Positions 27,081 to 40,273 of a stretch of DNA of 64,000 bases are shown piece after piece (the stretch's first letter is position 1; each line of letters starts with the position of its first letter). The DNA comes from Octopus vulgaris (taxonomy: Eukaryota): contig OX597836.1 of NCBI GenBank assembly GCA_951406725.2, positions 10,788,001 through 10,852,000 on the forward strand, in the 5' to 3' direction. The translations under genes were made by a program, and so were the position numbers. Below the pieces are notes generated by a model that worked only from the letters and a program-made list of their open reading frames with translations, was not told the origin of the DNA and ran no database searches.

Positions 27081-27960
27081 AAGCTTGCTTCTCAACCACA
27101 CGATTTCAGGTTCAGTCCCACTGCGTGGCATCTTAGGAGTCTTCTACTATAGGCTGGGGCCGACCAGAGACTTGTGAGTGGATTTGGTAGACAGAAACTG
27201 AAAGAAGCCTGTCGTATATGTATATATATATATATGTAAAATTTACTGTTGACAAAGGCTGCATGGCGTTCAATTTTGAACAATTAAAAATACACACTAA
27301 GTACAGGATTTCACCAGGAAGAGAAAAAAACGTAAACATACGATAAGTACAGGACAAAATACCAAAGGAAGTCTAACACCTCCTCAGTTGTCGACTGTTT
27401 ATTACTACCTGTTTCGAGCTTTCAATGACAGGACAGGAAAATCCAGAGATTTTAGAAATATAAAATTTATGGAGGGTTAGGGCTTCGAATGAACAAACGA
27501 CACCAGAGTGGACTATTTTCTATTCTACTATTTTTTCTCTTCTATTCTTTCTCTTATGTTTATTCTGTATCCTTTCAAAATTTCTCCCAGGGATTACCCA
27601 TTACAATTCGTCTTAGCCTAATGGCCCTTAGTATCTGTCTGTACTCTGTACGGCCACTCTGGTGTCATTTTTTTTTTGTTTTAAGCTCTAACTCCATAAA
27701 TTTGATATTCTTAAAATTTCTAGATGCTGCTGTCTTATGAAGTTTTCTTGTCTTCTCGTTGAAAGCTCGAAACATGTAGTAATAGACAGTCTAGAAGGAG
27801 GTGTTAGACTTCCCTTGGCATTTTGTCCTGTACTTATCTGTGCATTTAAGCATTTTTCGCTAGTTGGGGATATCCTGCACATATGCGCACTTATCTACCG
27901 TTTGTTAACGTATTTTTCACTCACTAAAGTCCTCTACTTATTGTGCATGTTTAAATATAG

Positions 27961-27991
<31 letters not shown>

Positions 27992-28208
27992 CACGTTAGG
28001 CTTTGTGTCTGTTTGTCACCCCCCATCACTGCTTGACAACCAGTGTTGGTGTGTTTACGTCACCGCAACTTAGTTTTTTGGCACAATAGACTGATGGAGT
28101 AAGTACTAGACTTACAAAGAATAAGTTCTGGGGCCGATTTGTTCAGCTAAAGGCGGTGCTCCAGCATGGACGCAGCCAAATGACTGAAACAATTAAAAGA
28201 ATAAAGGA
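27081..28208 (+). mobile_element. SINE family B split at its internal (TA)n by a ~720-bp insertion
   Basis: The 5' half (27081-27215) and 3' half (~27995-28208) match SINE-B. Confidence 0.85.
27237..27960. mobile_element. Inverted-repeat element resembling Penelope-like inverted pseudo-LTRs
   Basis: Arms ~27295-27512 and ~27653-27885 are imperfect reverse complements. The right arm contains a degenerate hammerhead at 27734-27778. Confidence 0.65.
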
Positions 28209-28227
28209 ATACACACACACACACACA

Positions 28228-28274
<47 letters not shown>

Positions 28275-28277
28275 GTG

Positions 28278-28462
28278 TAGAATTCCCAAAAATCAAAAGA
28301 CGAAGACAGGTGGTGTAGACAACAAACAGATGTATTGGTTTAACGCTCGAAAAGTGAAAAAGTCTTTAACGTTTCGAGCCTACGCTCTTCCACAGAAAGG
28401 AACACAGAATGAAACAAGGAGAGAAAATAAAGAATGTGTAGTGGCTAGCGACCCATCATGGT
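28278..28462 (-). mobile_element. Family D element
   Basis: Minus strand CTTT-CTGTGGA-A-GAGCGTAGGCTC-GAAA-CG-TT-AAAG at 28364-28399, between TA-rich tracts. Confidence 0.7.
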
Positions 28463-28657
28463 GAAATGTATATGTCTGCATATATATATATATATATATA
28501 TATATTTGAACTCTTGAGATCTTTAGAACATTCTCCATCCAACCAACTTTGACTTCATTGCTTATAACGGGATATTTTAAAGAAACACTCATTATTACTG
28601 TGGACATCATGTGGGCAGTCATCTAAAAGTTTTTGCTCTTCATGGTGCTGACATAAG

Positions 28658-28756
28658 TTCCTTCTCTTTCCTGATGAGATGGCGGCATAATGCACCCTTT
28701 AATCCTTCGGAATTAGGAATATGCAGCCTTCGAAACATGTGTCGAGAGTAAAGGAA
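28658..28756 (+). ncRNA. Type I hammerhead ribozyme motif with canonical core
   Basis: CTGATGA at 28671-28677. Stem II GATGGCGGCATA/TATGCAGCCTTC (10 of 12 pairs) extends to a c(UUCG)g loop. GAAA at 28732-28735, short stem III, GTC cleavage triplet ending at 28743. Stem I is CTTTC/GAGAG plus TTCCTT/AAGGAA. Confidence 0.7.
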
Positions 28757-28790
28757 TTTTGTTAAAATTGTCGTTCGACTCCATTCTTTC

Positions 28791-28826
<36 letters not shown>

Positions 28827-29310
28827 AAAGCAGTGTAGATAATATACTGCGTGTGACAGTTTAACATCTAAACATTGTCGTATGTATAATTATGGCGGCT
28901 CGAAATTTTTAATCCTATCAGAAACAGAAATACTTAACGCCTTGCTTAAAGCAAATAGAATTGAAAATTTCCTCATATGTGAATATATTTGAGGGAAAAG
29001 AATTAATAAAAAAATTAATACTAAAAAATAAGAAAAAAAATGTATGTTGTTTTTTTTTAAAAAATTTTATTAAAATATTCTATTGGGAAATTATTCTGAA
29101 TTTTGCCTGACATCAAATAATAATTTATTTATATATTTATCTGTTAACTATTTGAAATGAGAAACGGAATGAAAAGACAAATAACATAAAGATAGGACGA
29201 CATTAAAATATGAAAAGATATTCTTTATAGTTACTAAAATAGTGAAATAGTGAAACAGAACAGAGGAGCTTCCGTATACAAACACACATAAACCACCAAC
29301 ACAGATACAT

Positions 29311-29357
<47 letters not shown>

Positions 29358-29575
29358 GAGCGAGAGAGAGAAATTCGAAAAAATATCTTGTTGTGATCCA
29401 AATAATCATTAAAATATCAGAAGATTACTGTAGCGGAAATTCTCTCCACCTATTTTACCGCTTCTGTCCATAAAGGACGTAAAAATCAATGGAAATGAAT
29501 TTTTCAAAATGGAAGAAAAATCAAAGGCTTCAAAACTATAAGCCCACCAGCATGAAGCTCGTACATCACTTGACA

Positions 29576-29652
<77 letters not shown>

Positions 29653-29754
29653 CATGTATGTATGCGTATATATATATACACATATACATACACACATATA
29701 TACATATACAAATGCTTATACATATACATAGACATATGCATGCAATAATATATC

Positions 29755-29805
<51 letters not shown>

Positions 29806-29843
29806 AGTTGAATGTTTGTACACGCGGCCATAAATATACATAT

Positions 29844-29910
<67 letters not shown>

Positions 29911-30544
29911 GTACAATCTGACCAAGGCTAGTTAGCCGAAAAGTCGAAGTCACTGCCATCACTTTTCTTGCAGCAGTTTAATAAACGTAAGCTACCAAAA
30001 CGGCTTGACGTAGTTCTCCAGTTTAGTGTCAAAATGTCTTTACGTAAGGGCCTGGTCCTTACGCTAAGTACAAATGTTCTGTATACGAGGAGAGAACGAC
30101 ATGACACATGGATATGTTTATTTGCTTTGTTTCCCCTAAATAGATTAAATACAAAAGGAAAGGCTACGCAATTGACCCTTTAGGTGATCTTTCGTGCCTG
30201 ATGCAATTAAAGATCGACTCGTCCTCAGTCTAGAAACCAGAAACATTCTCAACAATGTTGACTGCATTAGATTTTCAGGGCTAAGTCTCCAAATAGTTTA
30301 GTCTAGCTTATTAAATTTAACCTACTAGAAATAGCAGGCAAACCTCCCTCAAAATATATCCTGTCCTCTAAAGAAAAATAAGGAAATATTTAAGAATGTG
30401 TTGTGATATACAGTAGGCTCAGCTAACAAAAGTCATTAAACTTTGCCTGCTAGAAATAACAGTGAAATCTCCCTCAAAATTCCGCCAATACTCTTAAGTA
30501 AAGAATATAGTTAATAATATAGTTTGCTGTAAAGTAAGCATCTT

Positions 30545-30839
30545 TCTTTCTTTCATCCTTTTTAAGCCTAGCCAGGCACATGGGCCCCGGTTTCCCGGTT
30601 TCTTTGGCGTGTGTGTTCTCCGCCCAGCTGGACGGAACGCCAGTCCATCGCAGCGTTACTCAAGAAACAGGAAGAAAGAGTGAGAGAAAGTTAGGGCGAA
30701 AGAGTACAACAGGGGTCTCCACCACCCGCTGCCGGAGCCTCGTGGAGCTTTAGGTGTTTTCGCTCGGTCTGAGAATCGAAACCGCGATCCTCCGACTGCG
30801 AGTCCGCTGCCCTAACCACTGGGCCACTGCGCTTCCACA
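30545..30839 (-). mobile_element. tRNA-derived SINE family C, near full length
   Basis: Head GCGCAGTGGCCCAGTGGTTAGGGCAGCGGACTCGCAGTCGGAGGATCGCGGTTTCGATTC, body with GCGATGGACTGGCG, and a (GAAA)n tail. Confidence 0.85.
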
Positions 30840-31604
30840 AAGTAAGCATAACACAGCAAAAAAAAAAAAAAAAAAAAAGAAAAAAAGAAAAGAGAGAGGG
30901 ATAGATTGATAGATAGAGAGGAAGAAGTACTGGGATGGTAATTACTAGAATTCCTCTGATTATAGGTTTGGACAATCAAGGCATACTTGCAGCTAAACAA
31001 CAACACATATCTATTAGACAGAGCTTCTTTATGCCTATATCATTACGGTTCCTGTTTGAGATTTGATGATCTGCACCGCAGAGAGCTATGCGATTTTGAA
31101 CAACCCAATACAAGGTCACCAGAAGTTAATATGTAAGTATCTCTTGTAAGTGAAAGTATACAGTTTATTGGCAGTTTGTTTGCTTTCTGATAAACGAAAG
31201 TTCTACATTGATGAATTATTATGGCTTCGCTACATTATTATGGCTATTTATGGCGATCTACTTCTTGCACAGTATCTTGCTATTAGTCAGATTGAATGGG
31301 ATATAAATTAAAGAACATTATAGAGTAGAGTAAACAGAATACCAGTACAGAAATAACGAAAGTAAAACTAAGTATTTTCGTACGAAAATATATTTTTGAA
31401 GCTTGTCAGAAAACCAATAAAACCTTACTAGAATTTTGTCAGTGTATATAATCTTACCAGAATTTTATCAGTGTATAGATAATGAAATATAGCGCCAGAA
31501 ACCAGTATGTCTTGTACAAATTGTGGTTGTTGTTTCTTGCAATAAAACATTTATTTTCATCATATGTATCTCTTTTTCTGTACTAATATATATATATATT
31601 AGTA

Positions 31605-31746
<142 letters not shown>

Positions 31747-31907
31747 GCGAAAGAAGACATTGAAGATAGAATTTTAAAAATTCCATTTTTCAGCAATCAC
31801 CTTTCAGGTTCCAGTCTGCTGCGGAGCACCATGACCAGATGGGCAAGCGTTTTCTATTACGGACCTCGAGCTGACCAAAGCCTTGTGAGCGAACTGTGTG
31901 GGGTCCC

Positions 31908-31972
<65 letters not shown>

Positions 31973-32090
31973 TTGTAGTTTTAGGGAATGCTATGTTGCC
32001 AGTTTAGCCAATAAAAACAAACGCACTATATATTTGGTGTTAATTTGCTTCAGCTTTATTTATTTTTTACATTAATCTTAATCTTATTTC

Positions 32091-32135
32091 GGCCAGAGTT
32101 CTTTCGTCACACTTCTGTGACATCATCAGTGGTCC
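32091..32135 (-). ncRNA. Minimal type I hammerhead ribozyme motif
   Basis: Minus strand GGACCA-CTGATGA-T-GTCACA-GAAG-TGTGAC-GAAA-GAAC-TC-TGGCC: perfect 6-bp stem II, minimal stem III, and stem I with one bulge. About 120 bp from a (TA)n tract. Confidence 0.65.
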
Positions 32136-32173
32136 TTTGCTTTCTTTTTTCTTATTTGTGTGTCTCTCCTTAA

Positions 32174-32450
32174 ACGACTTAATTCCTTTGTCTGTCGACT
32201 TAATCCGTTTGTCTGTCCTTGTTTGTCCCCTCTATGTTTAGCCCCTTGTGGGCTATAAAGAAATAGGTATTTCGTCTGCCGTTATGTTCTGAGTTCAAAT
32301 TCCGCCGAGGACGACTTTGCCTTTCATCCTTTCGGAGTCGATAAATTGAGTACCAGTTACGCACTGCGGTCGATATAATCGGCTTAATCCCTTTGTCTGT
32401 TCTTGTTTGTCCCCTCTGTATTTAGCCCCTTGTGGGCAATAAAAAATAAG
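32174..32450 (+). mobile_element. 5'-truncated SINE-A multimer (tail plus one full body)
   Basis: Contains the GAAATAGGTATTTCGTC junction at ~32260-32276 and no head. Confidence 0.88.
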
Positions 32451-33833
32451 AATATATTAAAAATAAACAGATACGTTATCGTATTGAAATATTAACTGTA
32501 AAAAAAAAAAAAAATAGAAGAAATACCGAGGATTTCCTCAAATGTTTGAGATGGAAGTCCATATCTTTCATAAATGCTTCGGAATCTTCAAAGCTGATTA
32601 CGGTTTTAGAATTTCTAAATGCCGCTTAGACAATGAGCTTGTTGGTTCTCCACCTTTTCAATTTAATGACTAGGATATGCTAAAGATTATATTTAACATT
32701 AATTAAGGCGACTTTAATTAATGAGTTTAAAATTATTCGCAAGCATAAGCTCCCCACCACATCCGTGAATCAGCTGGCAAAATAAATATTGATATGAAAC
32801 CGATAGTCGCATTTACGAAACGAACGTTCATAATAGCATTAGTTACACCTGTAGGATAACTTAATTCCATTACATATTCTATTAATTTAGAAACGGCGAA
32901 GGAAGAAGATAGAGTAAAATCTTTAGCTTTTGGTGAACCGTATATTACATTTAAAGATCACAAGTATAACTTTTCATCCAACTGTAAATGGAGATATTAA
33001 ATACTCCGGTTAAAAGTGAATTAGGAACAGTCAGTAAAAATCTATCAGATTCTATTATTTATAGCATTAATCAAGTTGCCAGTCTTCTATTATGGAATAA
33101 TACTGCATCTTTTATTAAGTGATAGAGTAATTTAGCTATTATACAACTTCGGAAATTCGTGTTGTTCTATATAGTAAAGTCCGATACTTCTATAACCAAA
33201 TTTTTTCGCCAAGAATCTTTAATATTCAGCAGAGGTTTTGCACAAATTAGTGAATCTGTTATTAGATTTCTTATTATGCACGTCAGAAAATCTTAGCTAT
33301 TTTTCAATAATTCTTTTTCTGATAACCGATACGTTATGCACAGTAATAATATTTATTATAATAATATACGATGTTTCGCCGGCAGGACAATTGTTTTTAT
33401 TGGATCGATCGTGAAATGGAACAATGGCGATGTTTAACTACTATATCATATTGTATAGATGTGCCAGTGCACATGAGTATGAATAAATATAATATACACG
33501 CTCACGTATATATATGCAATAGAGTGGCTAAAGATGATTACTGTTCCACTAATAAAAAAAGTTTTATGCCGTCGAACGCAATCTTCGTATTGCATAAGAA
33601 ATGTTATTACTCAACGTTACTTATCGAGCACTCTCTACAGAACAGTGTCCGCAAAAGGCATTTGGAAATTGTTGTACGTATATCAGGCGAGGGTCTTGGG
33701 TACGAAATTTGTTTCCTAACCTCATGGTTCCGGGTAAAGACCTTCCATTTTAGCTTTAGGTCGATTAAGAACTTGTGAAAGGATTTAGTAGACGGAAACT
33801 GAAAAAAGCTTTTTTGTTTAGATATATACATAC

Positions 33834-33865
<32 letters not shown>

Positions 33866-34013
33866 GTATATATATATATACCGTGAAAATTATAAAGGTA
33901 GAAAATTTAGAAAAATTTTCTTATATAAGAGTCTACAAGTATTTATACACAGAGAGGTGAACCTTGATAAAACGCCTTACATGCTAGAAATGGTAGCCAT
34001 TATGTATATATAC

Positions 34014-35306
34014 ATTCCACTGGGAACTGTCTTAGTGCCACTGCTTTTCTCAGACTCGCCCTCAGCTGTTCAGATAGTCACTCTTCCTAGCTATGCAGAT
34101 GACACAAACGTCTCTCGGACAATACAAAATCCTGGAAAATTTGCACATATACAACAGGAGTTGGATGCAATATATAAGTGGGCAATATACAGTTTAATGC
34201 AGGAAAATTCCAAGCCCTGTGCTGCCAGCACACAATGCTGAACATAATGCAGACTGTATACACTGGTCCGGGAGGTATTGCAATCGCTGAATCAAAATCA
34301 GTGCGTGACCTGGGCATTGATACGAGCAAAAAGGCATCTTTTCAAATGTAGACTACCAAGTGTAGACGGCTAGCTGGATGGATCCTTCAAACTGTCAAAA
34401 CAAGAGAAAAGGAGACAATGGTGTTCTTTTCGAGGGCATACGTTCTCAGCCGCTTGGACTACTGTTCACAACTATGGTCACCAATCTATATAAAATCGAC
34501 AGCGGAACTCGAAGCAATCTAATGAAGCTACACAAAGAAAGTCGTCTCAATGCAACTTATCAGCTATTGGGAAGTACTGAAAAAATTATAACTCTTCTCC
34601 CAAGAACGAAAGTGGTAAAGCTGTGCAGCGATATACATCTAGAATATCCTGGAAGGCCTTGTTCCAAACTTTGACATTGAAAATTTAAACAAATATCAGA
34701 ACGGGGCGCCATTGCATAGTGCCAAAGAACCCTGCATCTCCATCAAGATACAGGAGCAGGTACTGCTGTAGCGTTGGTTTCAAGGACCCACAGCTCTGTG
34801 ATATCCTTCCAAAATGCCTGAGGGACCTGCATGGTGTGGATGTAGGTCTTGAAAACAAAACTGGATCTATTTCTTTACTACTCACAAGGGGCTAAACATA
34901 GAAGGGAGGAACAAGGACAAAGGGATTGAGTCGATTACATCGACCCCAGTGCGTAACTGGTACTTAATTTATCGACCCCGAAAGGATGAAAGGCAAAGTC
35001 GACCTCGGCGGAATTTGAACTCAGAACGTAACGACAGACGCAATACCGCTAAGCATTTCGCCTGGTGTGCTAACGTTTCTGCCAGCTCGCCGACTGGATC
35101 ACCTCCTGTCAAGGGTTCCAGATGAATCTACCTCACAGAAGTAAACACGGATAAGAGCAGCGGCGGCATCAAACTCCGTCATTCACCAAATGTCACATGT
35201 CACAGGAGGTTTCAAATAACGATGGTGTAGCACAGAGTCAACGGTGGTGCCCCAGCATTACCGCAGCTTTGAAGCTGGAACAATTTAGAAATTAAAGATT
35301 AAAGAT
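34014..35306 (+). mobile_element. Decayed 5'-truncated CR1/L2-group LINE (second family) with a nested SINE
   Basis: IPLGTVLVPLLF...SYADDT...QQELDAIYKWA, then SVRDLGI and RLDYCSQLWSP in shifted frames. 3' end GGTGGTGCCCCAGCATTACCGCAGC...(ATTAAAG)2. Confidence 0.88.
34868..35092 (-). mobile_element. SINE family A monomer inserted in the LINE
   Basis: TSD ACTGGATC at 34860-34867 and 35093-35100. Confidence 0.92.
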
Positions 35307-35357
35307 ACACACAAACATACATAGATACATACATACACATACACACGCATAAATATA

Positions 35358-35520
35358 TGCGACGGGCTTCTTTCAGTTTCCGTCTATCAAATCTACTCAT
35401 AAGGCTTTGATCGCCCGAGGGTATAGTAGAAGACGCTTGCCCAAGGTACCGCGCAGTGGGAATGAACCCGGAAATGTGTGGTTGGGAATCAAGCTACTTA
35501 CCACCCAACCACGCTGCGCA
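35358..35520 (-). mobile_element. SINE family B 5' half
   Basis: Matches the head region of 4525-4932. Confidence 0.8.
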
Positions 35521-35543
35521 TATACATGCATACATACATACAT

Positions 35544-35607
<64 letters not shown>

Positions 35608-35608
<1 letters not shown>

Positions 35609-35797
35609 ACGGGAAAGTTTACGAAAATAAATAAAAGACGAAGGCAGGTGGTGTACAAACAAACAAATGTATTAGTATAGCGCTCAGGAATAGGAAAAAG
35701 TCTTTTACGTTTCGAGCCTACGCTCTTCGACAGAAAGATACACAGAAAAAAACAAGGAGAAAAAAATGCGTGTAGGAGCTAACGATCTATCATGGCG
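35608..35797 (-). mobile_element. Family D element
   Basis: Minus strand TCTTT-CTGTCGA-A-GAGCGTAGGCTC-GAAA-CG-TA-AAAGA at 35701-35738, with TA-rich tracts on both sides. Confidence 0.72.
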
Positions 35798-35823
35798 TAT
35801 ATGTATATACATATATATATGTC

Positions 35824-35929
<106 letters not shown>

Positions 35930-35994
35930 AACACATATATATATATTTATATATGTGTGTGTGTGTGTGTGTGTATGTATACCAATATACTCAC

Positions 35995-36424
35995 AGGAAT
36001 CCGGATCCACACAGTCAGTAAAGAGCCCGCAAAACACTGATACATCAGGGTAAAGGGAACGAAACAGAAGTGAAATATACTTTCCTTCTTTTCGCGGTGA
36101 CAACAACAAAACTATCGTTGAAAATAGTTGAAAATAAATGGCTCCCTTTTTTTTTCTCCAAGATCTTTTTCATCAAAGCTGCATTCCGTTTCCGTAATTG
36201 CTAATGGAAGAAACTACCTATAATCATGTTACATGTGTTAAGCATAGATAACAGGTGGTGAACATAGATTGACTGTTTGACGTCATATAAACATGAGGAT
36301 ATAGATTTATGGGTAGCAATTTCGACTTCTGAACGTAGTAATCTCCACAGCAGACGGCACAGAATAACGTCTCTAATGATAACTTCTTAACGCGGTGCAC
36401 AGGCTTCGCCGCCATGTTTTCCAT
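35995..36424 (-). other. Candidate 430-nt exon, probably non-coding or 5' UTR
   Basis: Unique-sequence island between microsatellites, bounded on the minus strand by acceptor ATTTCCTTCCAG and donor GTGAGTA. No frame is open throughout. Confidence 0.4.
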
Positions 36425-36467
36425 CTGGAAGGAAATTATATACGCATCTATGTACATACATACTTAT

Positions 36468-36523
<56 letters not shown>

Positions 36524-36707
36524 GTATATATATAAATATTTATGTAAATATATAAATATGCATATATATATATATATGTATATATGTATATCTATCTATC
36601 TATATGTATATATATATATATGCATATTTATATGTTTACATAAATATTTATGCATATATGAATATCTATCTATATGTATATAAACATACATATATATATA
36701 TATATAT

Positions 36708-36776
<69 letters not shown>

Positions 36777-37748
36777 TTTACATATATATACATACATATA
36801 TTTATATATTTGTATGTATATATGTGTATATTTTCAATCTGCAAGGAAAATTATACACGTACGAATGTATACACACACAAACACACACACACACATATTT
36901 GTATACACACATGTACCCATAGATACAATTTATATTTATGTGCATTCAGTTACATGTATGTGTATATATATATATTTATATGTGCGTATATACGTACGTA
37001 TATTCAAATATACATATATAAATATATACATATTCATATATATACATATATATATGTATATATATGTATATATATATGTCTGTATATTTATGCACATATT
37101 ATATACACGAATATATATATATCTATATGTATACAGGTATCATGTGTACATACGTAGAATCATATGTAAAAGAACCTCGAACGAAGTGACAAAAGAAAGC
37201 TTTAAAACTCAGTGCGTTGTGAGTGTAATATTTCTCTCTAAGGAAGGAAAAGATGACATTATTTATAGTTGGAGAAAATAAACCAGCGCCAGATTTCTAC
37301 AATATGTCCCAGTGTATTTAATGTTGTATTTATTATTATTATTACTATCATTATTTTTTTTGTTATCACAGTAGATACTACGATAGCTTTACGTCTGACA
37401 AGTAACAGTTCCAAATACGAGTAGAACTATATTAAGTAAATAAGTAAATCTTCCGAATGTCTTCGTAGATAGAACGTGTCATTAAACTGCAGGAAAAAGA
37501 AGAAAACAAAACAAAAGGAAGATCAAATACAAATTATCTGAAACAGATGTACAGAAAAATAAAATAAAAACCGAATAAAAAGGAAAGGATGAAGATGGTT
37601 GCTTTCTGGGGTTTGTTCGTAATATAAGAATATACATGTATGTGTGTGTACCTGTGAGTGTGTGCGTGTGTGTATATCTTAATATATATGTGTATACATA
37701 CATACATACATACAGACATACCTAAGTACATACATACATAAATTCGTA

Positions 37749-37779
<31 letters not shown>

Positions 37780-37989
37780 GCAAATATGTATATATCTATG
37801 TGTGTATATATGTATCTATATGCGTGTGTGTGCATATATATATATATGGACATATGTACATGTGCATACACGTATGTGTATACATATATATATGTAAATA
37901 TGTATATATATATATATGTGTATATATATATGTATATATATATATATATATATGCATATATATATGTATGTATATATATATATATATAT

Positions 37990-38030
<41 letters not shown>

Positions 38031-38558
38031 GTGTGTGTGCGTGTGTGTGTGTGTTTACGTGTGTGCGTGGGTATGTATATATTATATAGCATTGTTATTG
38101 AACTTAAAGTGCTTAATTGGTTTTGGGCTTCTATTTCTAATTCGATTTGGCTTTCTTGGATAATTTCTTGAATTTCTGCTGATAAGAAAAAAAAAAAAAG
38201 AAAAATACAGAAAACAATAACAACGACAACGACCACCACCAACGCCACAACAACAACAAAAACAACAACAAAAATCAAAACAAGCCAAAAACAAACCTAG
38301 TTTTATTAAGTAAAGAGATGATTTGTCTTTATACATGCTGTCGTTGTTGTCGTTGTTCTTCTTCTTCTTGCTGCTGTTGATGAGGTTCATACTGTACGTT
38401 GTTTTTGTATGTGTTTATGTTTATTTATTTTATTTCATTTTTTTTTTGAGGAGGGGGGGGTCCCTGATATTATCAGTTGTAATCTGTCTTGAATTTTTTT
38501 CAGATTATTTATTTGTATATTTTATTTTATTTTATTTATTTTATTATTTTATTTCATG

Positions 38559-38592
<34 letters not shown>

Positions 38593-38648
38593 AATATACA
38601 TACATATATAAATAAATAAATATATATATATAAATAGCTATATTTATG

Positions 38649-38759
<111 letters not shown>

Positions 38760-38915
38760 CAATACGGATGTATGTATATATATATATATATATATATGTC
38801 TATATATATGTATTCATATATGTATGTGTATATATACATACATATATATATGTGTAGTTATATGTATATATGTATATATATATACATATATATGTATATA
38901 TATATGTGTATATAT

Positions 38916-38979
<64 letters not shown>

Positions 38980-39411
38980 GACTTATTCTATTTCTCCCTC
39001 CCAGTCTGACTACCTGTCTTTCTCTCTCTCACTCTGCTTCCGTCGGTCTGTCTCGCTTTCTCTCCTTTCCCCGTCTCTCTCTGCATCCGTCTTTCTCTCC
39101 CTCTCTCTCTCTCTCTTTTATTTTCTCCTGAGTTTATTATTTATTGTTGGTATTTTAGTTTGTCTGATTTTTCCGGTAAGCTCACAAAGAGGCTTCCGTC
39201 TTTGTTATTATTTTCCTTTTTTTCTTGTTCTTTGGTTCTTTGACTTTCTCTCTTCGACAAGAAAAATCAGATTGATACATACAGATAGCAGGATGATAGA
39301 TGAGAGATAATGGCGGTGTCGGTGGAGAAAACGATCTACAAGGTGGCAGAGATAGATAGACAGATAGACAGAGAGAGAGAGAGATTTAGAAAGACAGGCA
39401 GATAGATAGAT

Positions 39412-39827
39412 ATGTTTCTTTATTAGCCACACAGGGCTGCACACAGATAGAACAAATTACAAGGTAGAGCTTTTCTTTTGAAGGTTTAAAAAAAAAAAAA
39501 AAAAAAAGGAAGGAAGGGGAGTTTCGATCAAAAGGGATCGTAAAAGGAGAGAAAGAGGACAAAAAAAGGGGGTTAAAAAAAAGGGGGGAGGGAAAAAAAT
39601 TGATCAATAGGGATCGTTATCACAGAAATGTCAATATGAAGTGTAAAGGGGAGGACAGGTGAGGTTTACCCGTGGAAAGAAAAGCCTACGGAAAAGACCA
39701 CGGTAACCTCGGTCAATGAAGTCACATTTTATATTTCTTTTTTTTTTTTTTTTTTTTTGCAAATAAGCAACTCTCTGTTTTCGATTTCTGGGTTCATAGG
39801 ACTATGCTCAAGGTGGCTTCGTCATTC

Positions 39828-39829
<2 letters not shown>
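39412..39829 (-). mobile_element. 3' end of a LINE (clade uncertain, possibly L1/Tx1-like) inside (GATA)n
   Basis: The minus strand begins with a short ORF end [11 protein letters not shown], continues as a pyrimidine-rich UTR and terminates CAGCCCTGTGTGGCTAATAAAGAAAC. GATA repeats lie on both sides. Confidence 0.55.
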
Positions 39830-39872
<43 letters not shown>

Positions 39873-39905
39873 CGGACAGATAGATAGATAGATAGATAGA
39901 CGGAC

Positions 39906-39940
<35 letters not shown>

Positions 39941-40098
39941 CGGACAGATAGATAGATAGATAGATAGACGGACAGATAGATAGATAGATAGATAGACAGA
40001 TAGACAGAGAGAGAGATTTAGAAAGACAGGCAGATAGATAGATAGATAGATAGATAGATGATAGATAGACGGACAGATAGATAGATAGATAGACGGAC

Positions 40099-40137
<39 letters not shown>

Positions 40138-40238
40138 CGGATAGATAGATAGATAGATAGACGGACAGATAGATAGATAGATAGACGGACAGATAGATAG
40201 ATAGATAGATAGACGGATAGATAGATAGATAGATAGAC

Positions 40239-40273
<35 letters not shown>

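Noticed and set aside
30760-30839. tRNA gene
   Set aside because: It has A and B boxes but no proper acceptor stem and continues into a SINE body and tail. The same applies to the other SINE heads.
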